From the human T2T-CHM13v2.0 reference genome, Homo sapiens: 64,000 nt of DNA. How positions within the stretch are numbered: the stretch's first letter is position 1; each line of letters starts with the position of its first letter. A program made the translations under genes and the position numbers. Below, one piece after another: positions 44,660 through 59,350 of the stretch. A model generated the notes under the pieces. It was not told the origin of the DNA. It was given only the letters and a program-made list of their open reading frames with translations, and did no database searches. The stretch is taken from NCBI RefSeq assembly GCF_009914755.1, contig NC_060930.1; one strand, given 5' to 3'.

Positions 44660-45360
44660 ATCAAGAGTAACGTAGATGGATACTAAAACAGAAGGGTCAG
44701 TACCGTCTCGGGGGATTTAGGTGCAGGTGAGGAGGTGAGAAAGTGGAATTCCCAGCTCTTAGAAACGAAGACCCAGGAGCGTGGGTCGCTGCCCGTCCTT
44801 ACCCTGCCAGCGCCTGGGCCAGCACCATGGTCGCGAAACCCAGCATGGATTTCGTCTTGGGGACGCTATGGCTCCAGTTCTGACACTCAAGAAACGATGG
44901 ATGGAGAGGAGAACGAGGACCACCTTCGAAAAGAGTTCGAGAGGGAAGCAGGGACGCGGTGGGGTGCGCACCTGCGGCGGCGGCGGCAAAGGCGGAGGAG
45001 AAGCGAAGTGGGCGAGCGCCCGAGGCTGCCAGAGGATCTGGGTGGGCCGGAAGGCGGAGTGCAGCCCGGAAGCCCATCTCCGCTGCTTTTCCTCGCTGTC
45101 CGCGATAAGCGAGAGGGCTCATTCTCTGTTGGAGAAGTGAGCTGAAAACACTTTCCCCGCAAGATCTCCCTCGTTTTGCTCAAGGCAGTCGCGGCGTTGA
45201 GAACGCCTCGCAGCTCCTTTACTGGCTGGGGCACTGGGGAGCACGGGTACCCTTGAGTTTTGGTACAGGCCGGTGGTATTAGTGGCTTCCAAGGAAACGA
45301 CAGAGAAGCCGCCTATTTCCAATCCCTACTGTTAGCGAGGGGGAGAGTGTTTAACCGGGA
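44660..45360. promoter_or_regulatory. CpG-island-like block A, second copy
   Basis: High CpG density (GCGGCGGCGGCGGC, GTCGCGGCG); paralog of 16560-17230. Confidence 0.5.
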
Positions 45361-47920
45361 AGAGAGACCCTCCCGCTGAAGCATAGGGTCCTTTGTTATA
45401 GATAGGAAGAGTGTTCTTAGCTTTTGTTTTTGTTATAGCTTGTCAAGCTTGGAATACAAGGCATGAAAAACAAGAAAGGTAAGGCAGTCCCAGTATATTT
45501 TAAACTTAAGAGGGTTTTCAGAAGGAGTACTACCTTGTTTTTATGGAATTCAGGGTGTCCAGATTTCAACCTACCTAGCAGAGTGAAGCTCTATGAGTCT
45601 AATATCTTGGCTTTCTTCCACATCAGCAAGCCTCTGAAAATTGGGTTTCTTTCTGGACAATATCACCTACGCTTTTGCAGTCGGCTCCTATATTGCCTGC
45701 ATCCAACTCGTGGAAGCAAGAACAGTGGGAAAAGCCAAGGTTACCACATAAAAGAAGATCCTTACATGAGACAAGTGTAAATAAAGCAGCAGCTGAGGTG
45801 TGTGTAGAGGAAGAGACAAACGTGAAAATGTAGAAAGTGGATACAGAATTTTTTCCAAGGAGGAAGAGGAATGGTCTGCTCACAACAAGGAACTCTCTAC
45901 TTACTGCTGCAAAGATACTTTTATTACATTTCATGCATATGCTGGATTTTAACAACCAGAACATTGGTAGACTTGGTGGGGGCTGGAGAGACAGCAGTCA
46001 CTCCCAACCCTGAGGATGAGTCCTCACCCTGAGGGTGGAGAGAAAATGATTACTCTCTGCCACAGGGCTTAGAATCGTCCAAGCCTGGGTTTCAAATTGC
46101 AAGGCCCAAATAGCTTGAGAGAGCTCCAGGTATTTCAGCTCAAAAGAGTCTCCTGGTTCAAGAGAATTCCTGTGAGTTCCTCCACAGGAAAATCAGTCTG
46201 TTGTGTGTGACCTGAAAAGTTGCATAAATATTCAAAGGGTCAAAGAAATGGTAAATTCAACCCCATCCCTGACATAAGACGAATACAAACCTCACTGGCT
46301 TTCCTAGGTTTGTGTTTTTGATTGAGAATAGGCAGGGAACCCCAGGACCAACTCTTCCTCCTCAGCAGGTGCCTGACCCTGGGACTTCCTGAAACTTCTA
46401 GAGCAGTGCTTCACAAACTTTAGCATCAGAGTCACTTGAAGGCTTATTCAAACACAGGAGGCTGAGCCCCATCCATACTCAGCAGTTCTGATTCAATAGA
46501 CCTAAGGTTGGGCCTGAAATTTATTATTCTGATTGCAGCACCCTAATCCTCCACCCCTTGCTCTCCTATGCAGTGTCCACTGTGGCTAACATGCCACTGT
46601 TTGCCTGGAGAGAACCAATGGATACCAGGAAATTAAAGAAGAAAAAGTATGAAACAAAAAGAAAATACATGGCATGTGTGCATTACCTTCCTCCAAAAAA
46701 TGTGTCTCAAAACAAACATATGATTGGTCTGGAGGCACACACACAGCCAGTCCTCAGCTAAGCAGGTTTCATCAGACAGTATCCCTCCTGGATGCTGGTT
46801 ATAGATATTCTCACTGGACAAAAGAATCAAGTAAGGTCATGTTAGCCTCATAGAGTGTATCTATCATGCCAGCCTGATAGGCTGGTGGACTAGGAACAAA
46901 CATCATACTCTCTTGCCTCTCAAAGACACTTTAATTCAACAGGAAATATGTACAGAGAGAACAGCAGTTTTGAAACCATACACCGTTGGAAACCATAAAA
47001 GGTTTCATGAGTGCATAGGATTTCTTGGGAGTTCCCTCTCCAAAAAAAGCGATGTAATCAGGTGGATCGAGAAAGAACATGAAATGTTTGTTTGTTTTTT
47101 CCCAAGGCAGGAAGTGCCCAACACACCTGCGATCTACTTATCTTTTAGTCTGCATGTATTTTGCATTGTGACAGAAAACCTTTTCCTAGTTTTTCATATG
47201 GGGCCTCCGTTTGCTCTTACCAGAAGTTCCCAGGCAATATTTTATTGTAAAGAGGAAAATGGAGTGACTGAGGAAATACAGGAATACAAATCAGTCTTAT
47301 GGAATATCAGTAGGGAATGTTGATCCGTATTGGTTTCTGCTTCTCGCACGTTGAAGGCCTCTAATTCCCCGACAGTCTTCGTGTGGTTATCCAGCGCCCT
47401 GCCACTCCCATCTCAAGCGACTGGAGAGCCACAGCCCTTGTCTCAGTACTGGATCACACTGGTAGCTGTGTTCTCCGCGCAGGTAGACAGGGAGAGACTG
47501 GTGGAGAAATCAGTGAACAGAGGCTTTCGCTCTGTTCTTTGGCCCAGAAAACAAAAATAACTTAAAAAAAAATAGATGCCTTCAGGGCGCTTTTCTCCCT
47601 TCTCCTTTGTCTTTGCGTCTCATTAATCATAGTACAAAATGGGAGTGAACGCGAGCCGCCTGTGAATGTGCACGCTTTTGTTTGGGTTCAAGAGACCGTG
47701 TTGCGATCCCGTTCTTCTTTCCCCCTCATTTCTTGTTTGTCTCCCTTCTGCTGTGGCAATCGCCTTTGGTGATGTCGAGGTTCACAGCATAACCAGTGGA
47801 GATAGTTCAAGGCTGAACATTGGGCTACACTTTTACTGTCTATATGTGCAGAAATAGGATAGAAAAACGTGAGGAGGCAGAAGTCTGTCGCTTGAAAACT
47901 ACCAGAGCAAAACCATCGCT

Positions 47921-47992
47921 TGGAGGTGTCGGGGATCGAACCCGAGGCCTCATACATGCAAAGCATGCGCTCTACCACTGAGCTACACCCCC
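47921..47992 (-). tRNA. tRNA-Ala(TGC)
   Basis: GGGGGTGTAGCTCAGTGGTAGAGCGCATGCTTTGCATGTATGAGGCCTCGGGTTCGATCCCCGACACCTCCA; T4 terminator at 47909-47912. Confidence 0.96.
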
Positions 47993-49962
47993 TTACTATA
48001 AGGTCTCTTTGTAATAATTTTCAGGAGGTAACTTTCATTTCCTGAGACTCCGTGAGCATGCTGGTAGTAGTGGTCAGTATTATGGAGTGCGGAGAGCTGT
48101 TCTGAGCAGGAGATACTTGGTACTAATGGGGGATACAGATTCTTTAGAATACTGTGTAGGACTTGAAACGAAAAACGAAAGATTAGAAAAGTGTCAGATA
48201 ATAACCACAAGAAGTTTCCATTGTGGCCTCAAGACGTTGAGTTCTTAGGGTCTCCTTCTATTATGCTTGGCAAGAATCAAGTTCAGGTTTTCGTTTCTTT
48301 TAATTTCTCCCAGATACGACACAAAGCCATTGAAATTCAGCCTTTTCCTGCCTAAAACGCTTCATAATTGTTGTTTGCTCAATCGGAATATTAAAGATAA
48401 GATTTGATGGAGGAAAGCCACAATCAGAAGAAAACCTGACAGCGATGCACTTAGCATTTTTTCATAAGGGTCCTTAGCTGGCGTGGTGTCTTACGCCTGT
48501 ACTCCCAGCTACTCTAGAGGCTGAGGCACGAGGATCGCTTGAGCTCGGGAGTTAGTTGTTGTAGGGAGCTATGACTGTGCCACTGTCCTCCAGCCTGGGC
48601 AACAGAGAGAGAAGGGAAGGGGAGGGGAGGGAAAGGGGGAGAAGAGGGGAGACGAGGGGAGAAGAGGGGAGGGGAGGGGAAGGGATTCATAAGGCGTGAA
48701 TGAAAAACAGCTATGGGGATGGAGAGAAGGGTTGAATTATGAGAATAAGACCGAAGATAAATACAAACAGGGTTGAAGAATGCTTTAGAAAAACAAACAC
48801 AGCAGGTGCAGAAAAGGGGAGAGGTTTTAACAGCTCTTTTAGGAATGAGAGATAGACTGGAAGATGGAGAAGATGAGTTAGTTTGGCTCATACTCAATTT
48901 AAAGTATCTGTGGGGCACACTTGTGAGGATGTTTCTCAGAGAATTCAGGCAATTAACTCTGTCTCTAGCCTGGGATTTGTAAGCATTAATAGTAGTAGAC
49001 ACATTACATGGAGGATGGATAAAGACTAAAAAAGTGTACTTTGAGATATGGAAATTACAAACCTATTCGTGATATTTGTAGTGAACAAACAAGTTTGTTT
49101 GTTCTTGAATTCAAAAGTTCTTGAATCTTGGGACTTATCGTGTGTCCTTTGAATTACATAAGAAGATGAGAAGAAAACCTATTTCTCAGCACCAAATTTC
49201 TAGTGACTATTAACTCTTTCTCATTCTGGTTTGCCTATATAAGAGCCTTTGCCAATGTTAATAAAGTAACATTGATGGCTTTCAAAATTGCCAAATTGCA
49301 AGTTGTATGTCAGACTTGGCTTTTCAGTTGGCTGATGGGATTTCTAGAATAAAAATAGGAAACACTGAGTGATAGACTTCACTGAAGGAGAAACTAGAGA
49401 ATTGTTATAGACAAAATTGATGTGTATTCATGTGTGTTTGCCTGCCTGACTGTGTCTGTGTGTGTGCATGTAAATGATGGGAAGGATTATCTTGGCTCTT
49501 TGATGCTGTAAAAGCAATATTAGGACAGTTTGCAGAAACTCTCCTTCATCTTTATGTTGTGTTACACCCAGAGAAACTTGGCTGTCTATTGGATTCTTGG
49601 GAATTCATAATAAGAAGGTTGCCTCATAAAAATGGGAGAATTTTAAATAATTAAATATCTGTAGCTATCTTCAGACTATCTACCAGCAACACGATTGAAA
49701 CATGTTTTTTGTGTGAAATCTGTAGGATGAGCTCATTTAACATAGCATTCTTCTGAGAAATTAAACATTTAATTTTGAAGACAGAACACCCTATCATACA
49801 CACTCAATTTCGAAAACCTAAAAATATATAAAGTATATGTTTAAATCTGCACTGTCCAATATGGTTACCATTAGCCACATTGGGTATTGAGTACTGAAAA
49901 TTGCCTAGTCTAAGTTAAGATGTGTTGAAAGTGAGAAATATATACCAGATTTCAAAGATGTA

Positions 49963-50263
49963 ATTTTTTTTTCATGGAGTCTCGCTCTGCCACCTAACCT
50001 GGAGTGCAGTGGTGCAATCTTGGCTCACAGCAACCTCCACCTGTTGGGTTCAATCCATTCACCTGCCTCAGCCTCCTGAGTAACTGGGACTACAGGCGCG
50101 CGCCACCATGCCTGGCAATTTTTCTTTTTCTTTTTTTTTTTTTTTAGTAGAGACAGGGTTTCACCATGCTGGCCAGGCTGGTCCCAAACTCCTGACCTTG
50201 TCATCTGCCCTCCTCGGCCTCCCAAAGTGCTGGGATTACAGGCATGGGCCGCCGCACCTGGCC
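49963..50263 (-). mobile_element. AluS
   Basis: Antisense dimer; TSD AGATGTAAT. Confidence 0.9.
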
Positions 50264-50579
50264 AGATGTAATATCATTTTTTAAACATAAAATGTCTCAC
50301 TGATAATTTTAAGATTGATTACTTGTTAAAATAATATTTTGGACATGCAAGGTGATTTACATATATTAGTAAAACTGGACATAAAAGATGGAAACAATAG
50401 ACACTGGGGACTACTAGAGGGGGAGGCGAGAAGGGGAAAGGCTTGAAAAGCTAACTATTGGATACTATGTTCACCACCCAGGTGATGGGATTAATCTCAC
50501 CCCAACCCCAGCATCATGCACTATACCCATGTAACAAACCTGGACATGTACCCCCTGAATCTAAAATAAAAGTTGAAAT

Positions 50580-50880
50580 TATTATTATTAGTATTATTAT
50601 TTTGAGACAGAGTCTTGCTCTGTCTCTCAGGCTAGAGTACAGTGGCGCTATCTGGGCTCACTGCAAACTCCTCCTCCAGGTTTCAAGTGATTCTCCTATC
50701 TCAGACTCCCAAGTAGCTGAAATTACAGGCATGCACCACCACACCCAGCTAATTTTTGTATTTTTATTAGAGACAGGGTTTCACCATATTGGTCAGGTTG
50801 GTCTTGAACCCCTGACCTCAGGTGTTCCGCGCACCTCGGCCTCCCAAAGGGCTGGGATTACAGGTATGACCCACCTTGCC
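50580..50880 (-). mobile_element. AluSx-like
   Basis: Antisense dimer; TSD TAAAAGTTGAAATT. Confidence 0.9.
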
Positions 50881-51392
50881 TATCTAAAAGTTGAAATTGT
50901 TAAAAAATTATATAAAATAAGTATTGCCTGTTTATTTTTTAAATGTGACTACTAGAAAATTTAAAACTACAGAAGTGGCTCTCATTTAAGATTTGTATTA
51001 ACTTTTTTAAAAATTCTTTTTATCCCAGAAGCTAAAGCAGAAGACTTGTAGTATCTTTTGATTGGACAGCATTGTCTAGAGACGATGTTATCTATTTAGG
51101 TGCTGTTCTGGGAGAATCCCAGAGCCAAAGGACATGGAGCATGGTCTGCCAGTAATTAGGTTTCATGCCGCGAGTGGACTTGACTAAATGCATTTCCATG
51201 CATGATCTCCTTAGACCTTTGCAACATCCCATTTTACATAATCATTATTAGCCTCATTTTTAAGGTATTGAATGAGAGACGAATCATGCTTAGAATTACC
51301 CTAGGCGTTTCATTTCAACAAAATGTAAAGGAATCACTACTGTGCTAGGCAAGAAAACATTCAATCCTGCCATTTGTCTAATCAAATGTTTC

Positions 51393-51755
<363 letters not shown>

Positions 51756-52169
51756 TAAAACACAGGCTTCTGAGTTGAGAAAGCCTCAGTGACTTAAAGG
51801 GTAAAGTATCTGATTCCTAGTTCCTGTACAGTCAATGTCCCCACCCTGAGGTTGGTCTCTCATTTGGTACCAATTTTCCTTTCACAATTTGATGCAGTTC
51901 TGATGTTGGAGTACTGTAGTTTATTGTCTCCTCACACAGTATGCAGGTGTTAGGGGAAAATAACACTGAAAATGAAACACCAATTTGAAAGAAGAAAAGA
52001 TATTAAAAATGACCAAAAAAAATCAGACAAAAAAAAAAAAAAAACAGGACAAAAAAGGCCCATTATCCCAACACAAAATTTCAAGAGAGGAGTTGAAGTA
52101 AAAAAAAGGAAAATGGGGCACATCCACCTGAGTCTTGACAGAATAATTAATTTAGAAATACTTATTTTT

Positions 52170-52539
<370 letters not shown>

Positions 52540-52918
52540 CTAGGCAAGGTTTCCAGGCTAAAGAAATGTCCTGTCAGTAAGAAACTTAAAAATATTCCTG
52601 TAATTAGGACTGGTGCGGTGGTTCCCACCTGTAATCCCAGCACGTAGGGAGGCAGAAGCGGGCAGGTTGCTTGAGCCCAGGATTTCAAGAACAGCTGGGG
52701 GAACATGGTGAAACCCAGTTTCTACAAAAAAAAAGTACAAAAGAGAGAGAGAGAAAGCCAGGCTTGTTGTTGCATTTCTGTAGTCTCAGCTACCCAGGAG
52801 GCTGACATGGGAGGATCGCTTGAGTCCAGGGAGGCTGAGGCTGCAGTGAGCTGTGATCATACCACTGCACTCCAGCATGGGTGACAGAGTGAGACCCTGC
52901 CTCAAAAAAACAAAACAG

Positions 52919-53210
52919 GGCCGGGCGCGGTGGTTCACACTGTAATCCCAGCACTTTGGGAGGCCGAGGTGGGTGGATCACGAGGTCAGTAGATCGAGAC
53001 CATCCCAGCTAACATGGTGAAACCCCGTCTCTACTAAAAATACAAAAAATTAGCTGGGCGTGGTGGTGGGCGCCTGTAGTCCCAGCTACTCGGGAGCCTG
53101 AGGCAGGAGAATGGCGTGGACCCGGGAGGCGGCGCTTGCAGTAAGCCGAGATCGTGCCACTGCACTACAGCCTGGGCGACAGAGCGAGACTCCGTCTCAA
53201 AAAAAAGAAA
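52919..53210 (+). mobile_element. AluY in the tail of an AluJ
   Basis: Full dimer. Confidence 0.92.
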
Positions 53211-53272
53211 GTTATTTTCCCAGCAGTTTAACTGCAGAGCTATGGAGTTGACTCAAGATACAAACCGAGGTG

Positions 53273-53565
53273 TTTCTTTCTTTTTTTTTTTTTTGAGACG
53301 GAGTCTCGCTCTGTCACCCAGGCTGGATTGCAGTGGTGCGATCTCAGCTCACTGCAAGCTCCGCCTCCCGGGTTCACGCCATTCTCCTGCCTCAGCCTCC
53401 TGAGTAGCTGAGACTACAGGCGCCCGCCACCGCGCTCCACTAATTTTTTTGTACTTTTAGTAGAGACGGGGGTTTCACCGTGGTCTCGATCTCCTGACCT
53501 CGTGATCCACCCGCTTCGGCCTCCCAAAGTGCTGGGATTACAGGCCTGAGCCACTGCGCCCGGCC
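53273..53565 (-). mobile_element. AluY with a 12-bp left-arm deletion (Yd-type)
   Basis: Sense strand reads GAGATCGAGACCACGGTGAAACC; TSD CAAACCGAGGT. Confidence 0.88.
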
Positions 53566-54000
53566 AAACCGAGGTTTTTGGAATTGCAAAATGTTTCTTG
53601 AATATACCACTACCACATATATACACTCATACAGCATAATAGTTCTTCTACAGGTTTCTTCATAGTTCTTGTGATTTAAAACACCCCTGCCCAACACACA
53701 TAAATAACATCAAATCAGAAATGAATTGTAATTGCCACAGTCTATAGCATATTGGAATTTCTTAGGTTTTAAAATTAGTAACTTTCTAGATTTAAGATTT
53801 TAAATAATTTACATACCATCAGTTAACACTTCATGGAAGACTTCAGTGGAGAGAGTGATACAAATATACATACATATATATATACATTACCTTTATGGAA
53901 TTTTCAAAAAGCAAAAAATGGGAGTTATATATAGACCTCTGGGATTGGTGTGCAAGTGTTGTATAAAGGAAAGACAATTATGCAACAACCAAAAGGTATC

Positions 54001-54074
54001 TGCCGAAACCCGGGATTGAACCAGGGACCTTTAAGATCTTCAGTCTAACGCTCTCCCAACTGAGCTATTTCGGC
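54001..54074 (-). tRNA. tRNA-Phe(GAA) with a 1-nt insertion in the anticodon stem (possibly non-functional)
   Basis: 74 nt; ...TTAGACTGAAGATCTTAAAGG... versus canonical ...TCTAAAGG. Confidence 0.85.
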
Positions 54075-54191
54075 TACTCTGGAGCTGTCCCGTTGGTCAT
54101 TTCTTCAAAATATAAAAACTGCAATTTGTAAGGTCAGTGTATCTTCCAACGCCTAATTCGGTTGTCTTCAATATCACCCGTCATTCACTCA

Positions 54192-54677
<486 letters not shown>

Positions 54678-54968
54678 CTAAAACTAAAATGAAATTATCT
54701 AGACTTTTCCTTTTCTCTCCTTTTGGCTCTTTTTTGTTTTGTTTTCTGTCTTGCTCTTCAATGACATGGCAAAAAGGAACAGAAGATTATTGAACACGTT
54801 AACCTGGTAGTAGGTTTATAGCTTCCGACTGAAGAAATCCTGAGCGAGCCAATTCTTTTTCTCTGTTTCCTTCCTTTTACTGATCTAGTGCTAACACATC
54901 CACCTTAGGTGGTACAGACAGCCAGGGGTGGAAAAGGCAAGCATATGTTTATTTTAGTGTGACCACGC

Positions 54969-55078
54969 TATATATATATATATACATATAAATATGAAAT
55001 ATATATAAATTAAAAATGTAAATATATTGTTGATATAGATATTATATATAATATAAAATATACATGTATCTCTCTCTC

Positions 55079-55112
<34 letters not shown>

Positions 55113-55146
55113 AGATTCCAGCGAGTGAGAGAGAGAGAGAGAGAGA
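54969..55146. repeat. AT-rich low-complexity tract with a (TC)5(TA)8(GA)9 compound microsatellite
   Basis: Direct reading. Confidence 0.9.
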
Positions 55147-57426
55147 CAGGGTCCCACTCTGCCAGCCTGGAGTGCAGTGGCAATCTCCTCTCATTGCAAC
55201 TTTCGCCTCCCGGCTCAATCCGTTCTCCCACCTCAGCCTAGAAATTCTTATATCACTTCAAAAGTGTGAAAACATTGGACTCCTCTTGTTAAATAACTTA
55301 GAAACAATTTCAGAGTTTACCGAATTTCAGAAACAATCCTCTCTGGAATAAGGAAATAGCTACAGCCAACAACGACTTGCAAATTGAATTTTAATAAAAC
55401 CGTCCCTATGTCTGGACAGTTTTCAAACTCAGTCTCCTATTCCGAGAGAGTCCAGGCTTTCTGTTTTTAGCCAAAATTTGTTGGGAGGGTCAATTAAAAT
55501 ATTTTTTGAATAATTTCCTCAAAAATTTTAGATTCTCTTACAGGCTTTTTTCTTTTTTTCTCTCCCTCTTGTAAGGCCCGAACCTCCCCAGACAGGAAAC
55601 AACATTCCTCCAGGTTTATCCCCGCCGCCTGACGTCTCTCCCCATCTGGACGCAGCCTCAGCCTATGCTGCAGAAAACGTTTGAAGTTGAGCATATAGAG
55701 AAGGAAAAAAAAAAAAAGGAAAGTGATGTGGAAATTAAAACAGTGGCTACATATAAATCTCAGCACAGTGCTTAGAATGTGTGTAAATGGTTCTAGGAGT
55801 GCACTGCACTATTGTGAAAAGTTCATTCAGAAGTAAACGGGAGGGAAGGTGGAGAGGAGCCGAGGGCCAGCTGGCGGAGAGAGGGAAGAGGCGGGGTGCG
55901 GTGAAGTGGAGAAAGAAACATAAAAAGGGAGAGGGGTAGAGGACAAGGAAAAGCATCCTCAAGATTATTAGGATTTGGATGGACGGGATGTTAGAGTGAG
56001 TCTAAGCACTCACCTCTCCGTCGCTTCTTCTGGATATGAGGGAAGAGAGGTAGGGAGGTAGGCTAGACCAGGAAAGGGACCTGGTTCTTTTCGTCCAGAC
56101 TGCCACGGCTGCGAGAGCGCCTTGCCGCTCTTTCCATCGCTCGATAGACAGGCTAGGCTCTTTGGAGGAGCACGTGATGTTGCGTTTTTTGTTTGCGGGT
56201 TCGGGAACCGCTGATACTGATAGCTTCTGAGGGAGCTGCAGGGATTTCCCGATTTCCTGAGTGTCTGTGTTGAGAGTTAAAAGCGGAATCTGCCGACAGC
56301 TTCGAGACTGAGCAGGACAGTGGAAACGTCTAATTTTATTAGGCTTGAAATGCAGAAGATGAGAAAGAAAGTTCCCGTTTGTTTGCTCCACATGTTTCCT
56401 TTAGAATGAAGCCGATTGGAAGTCAACTTCACCCTGAAGAAATTCCTCCTGGCGTTTACAATGAGCTTCTTTACTCCTCAAGTCCAGCTCTTGGCTCAAA
56501 AGGGCTCTGCAGGTTGGTACAAAGGCTGCGGAAAGGCGAAGTCGCGGTACAATCGGTGTTAACTACATGTGCAGCCACCGTCTTCTTAGTCTTATTACAG
56601 GTGCAGAGGTAATATAGGTGAATCCCTCACAAGTTGAGTGGGTTGACCTCAAAATTGACTTTAGCGATGGCTTGTGACCACCTGGTAGGTGGTGGACCAT
56701 TACAGCGTTTGGAAAATGAGTAAAAGAAAGGATGCATACGGAAGCCCCACTAGCTTGCTTGGCTTCTGCAGATGCAGAGAGAGGTCGTTTTTCTGCCTTC
56801 TGGGTGTTGAGTAACTTAATTTTTTATCTTTTGTTTAAATGAAATAGAGCTGAAAATAGAAGGCGATTTCCTTTTAACGAGATAGTATTGAGATGCTTGC
56901 AGAGTATCCCCGCGTGGATTCTGCTTAGCTCTGTGATACCAGCATCAGAAACTGTGCAAAGAGCTCTAATCTGGAGGTGTGGGTTGTTCAGTAGCTTAGA
57001 AAGAGGTTATTCCTGGAGAATAAGTGCAGCAGGTAGAAAAGGATCCATTGGGATTGGGAGAATAAAAGTTCATTCATTATTTTTATTGATGGAAAACAAA
57101 GAAATGAGCTTTACCCTATACTGATCTTGGTTCCTGGAGTTCCGAGTGCTTGCATCTCAGGGCAGAAACTTCCTTAGAGGACCCAGAGAAATATGTTCCC
57201 CCTACCAAATGTCAGCTGAAGTGACTGTGATCTTTTTCTCATTTGTCATTATATTTGCCATTTATTGTATTCTTGTAGTTAAATAGTTTACATTAAGTTT
57301 TAGAGTTTGTGGGTTTCTAATGGAAAAAGTGACCACCAGCACATCAGGTCCTCAGCCACTGGCAGTGAAATCTTTTAGTGAAAGCTTGTAGGGCTTCTGC
57401 AACCTGGGTTAGAAGAAGAAATACAA

Positions 57427-57735
<309 letters not shown>

Positions 57736-58058
57736 CACACACAGGAAAGGACTTGCGCCACGTGGTTCTATGGTTTCTGATTATTTCATTTACAACTAGA
57801 AATAGGCTGGAGGGCCAGGAGTAGTACTTGCTTCCATAGTGCGTGGTTCACCTTAGTGACTGCTGGGACTGCTTAGAAAGAATAGGTGGATAATCGTAAG
57901 CAGCAAATAACCTTAAGTGAATGAACACGAATTACCTCTCTGTATGAGAGAGAGATGTAGAGGTCAACCCAAATATCTTGACAAGGCAGGACATTCTGGA
58001 CAGCTGGGGAAGGTCATGGAGCTCTTCTTACAGTGCCACAGGGAAGAAAATGGACCTC

Positions 58059-58130
58059 TGGAGGTACTGGGGAATCAGCCCAAGACCTCGTGCATGATAA
58101 GTACACTCTCTACCACTGAGCTATACCCCC
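58059..58130 (-). pseudogene. tRNA-Ala(AGC)-derived pseudogene with ATC anticodon
   Basis: GGGGGTATAGCTCAGTGGTAGAGAGTGTACTTATCATGCACGAGGTCTTGGGCTGATTCCCCAGTACCTCCA; B-box damaged. Confidence 0.9.
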
Positions 58131-59127
58131 TCATACCTCCTGTGTATTTGGAAAACTGGTGACCACCATTATCTGAGTATGTGCTCTATGTCATAAAGAC
58201 AATTACCATGTGTTTCCAATTCCACTGTTTATGATTTCCCTATATCTAAGTGCCCCCTCTCTTAGGCACGGTTACATCAAGAAAAGGTACGTTAACAGTA
58301 AAAAGAAAAACACTGTTCCTGATTTGGGATCAGCAAATCTATTTCCAAATAGAGCATTTCAAAAGTATAACATAACCACATTGAAAATTCAGGAAAGAAT
58401 TGACCTAAGAAAATGGTTTATACATTGTTCTCATTGTAAAAAGAAAAAGAACAGCAAGCATATCTTAAACTCTATGTATCAGGAATATTTTCTGTAATGC
58501 TAAGGCAATAGCAATTCTGATATTTTGTGTGAATTTTAGGATTGGAAAAATGAGCATGTGTGCGCCTGTATGTTGTTGGAACCAGGCTCTCACTGTGGGA
58601 AAGGAGGAAGGTAAAGAATAGTCCTATTGGTGATGATGGGAATTAGAGGCATCAGTATGAAATTATACACTTAATTGTAAAATTTCTCCACAGATCTCTC
58701 TGCTAATTGGGCCTAGAAGAAATGATACCTCAGATGCAATGAGCAAAGATAATTCTATATATTGATTTTCAAATACCACTCCCTACTAAAAGGAACCAGC
58801 GATACTGATAGAAAGTAGCTACTGGTGTCAACTACACTGACTCCGGGACTGTGCCAGGGAAACTACAAGATGAACCTAAGATATCTTGCTGTGCCAGAAT
58901 GTAGGTGCTCAGAATTGATGGGTATGATTTGAAAGGACAGAGAAGCCAGCTTGAAAGGGATCTCAATGGCCAAATCTGACACATTTTGAGCATTAATGAT
59001 GACAATAAGTGATTATCAATCTTGGGAACTTAAACACATAAATATGGAAGATGGGAAGATTTTCCTTACAGTTGTGTGCCAAGTGATAAATGTGGAAGTA
59101 AGGATAAAATTAGAAAATCCTCATTTG

Positions 59128-59350
59128 GGCTGGGCGTGGTGGCTCACGTCTGTAATTCCAGCACTTTGGGAGGCCGAGGCAGGGGGATCACCTGAGGTTG
59201 GGAGTTCGAGACCAGCCTGACCAACATGGAGAAACCCCGTCTCTACTAAAAATACAAAACTGTGGTGAGCCGAGATCACACCATTGCACTCCAGCCTGGG
59301 CAAGAAGAGCGAAATTCTATCTCCAAAAAAAAAATAATAATAATAATAAA
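59128..59350 (+). mobile_element. AluSp-like with internal deletion of the right-arm start
   Basis: Linker jumps to TGTGGTGAGCCGAGATC. Confidence 0.88.
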
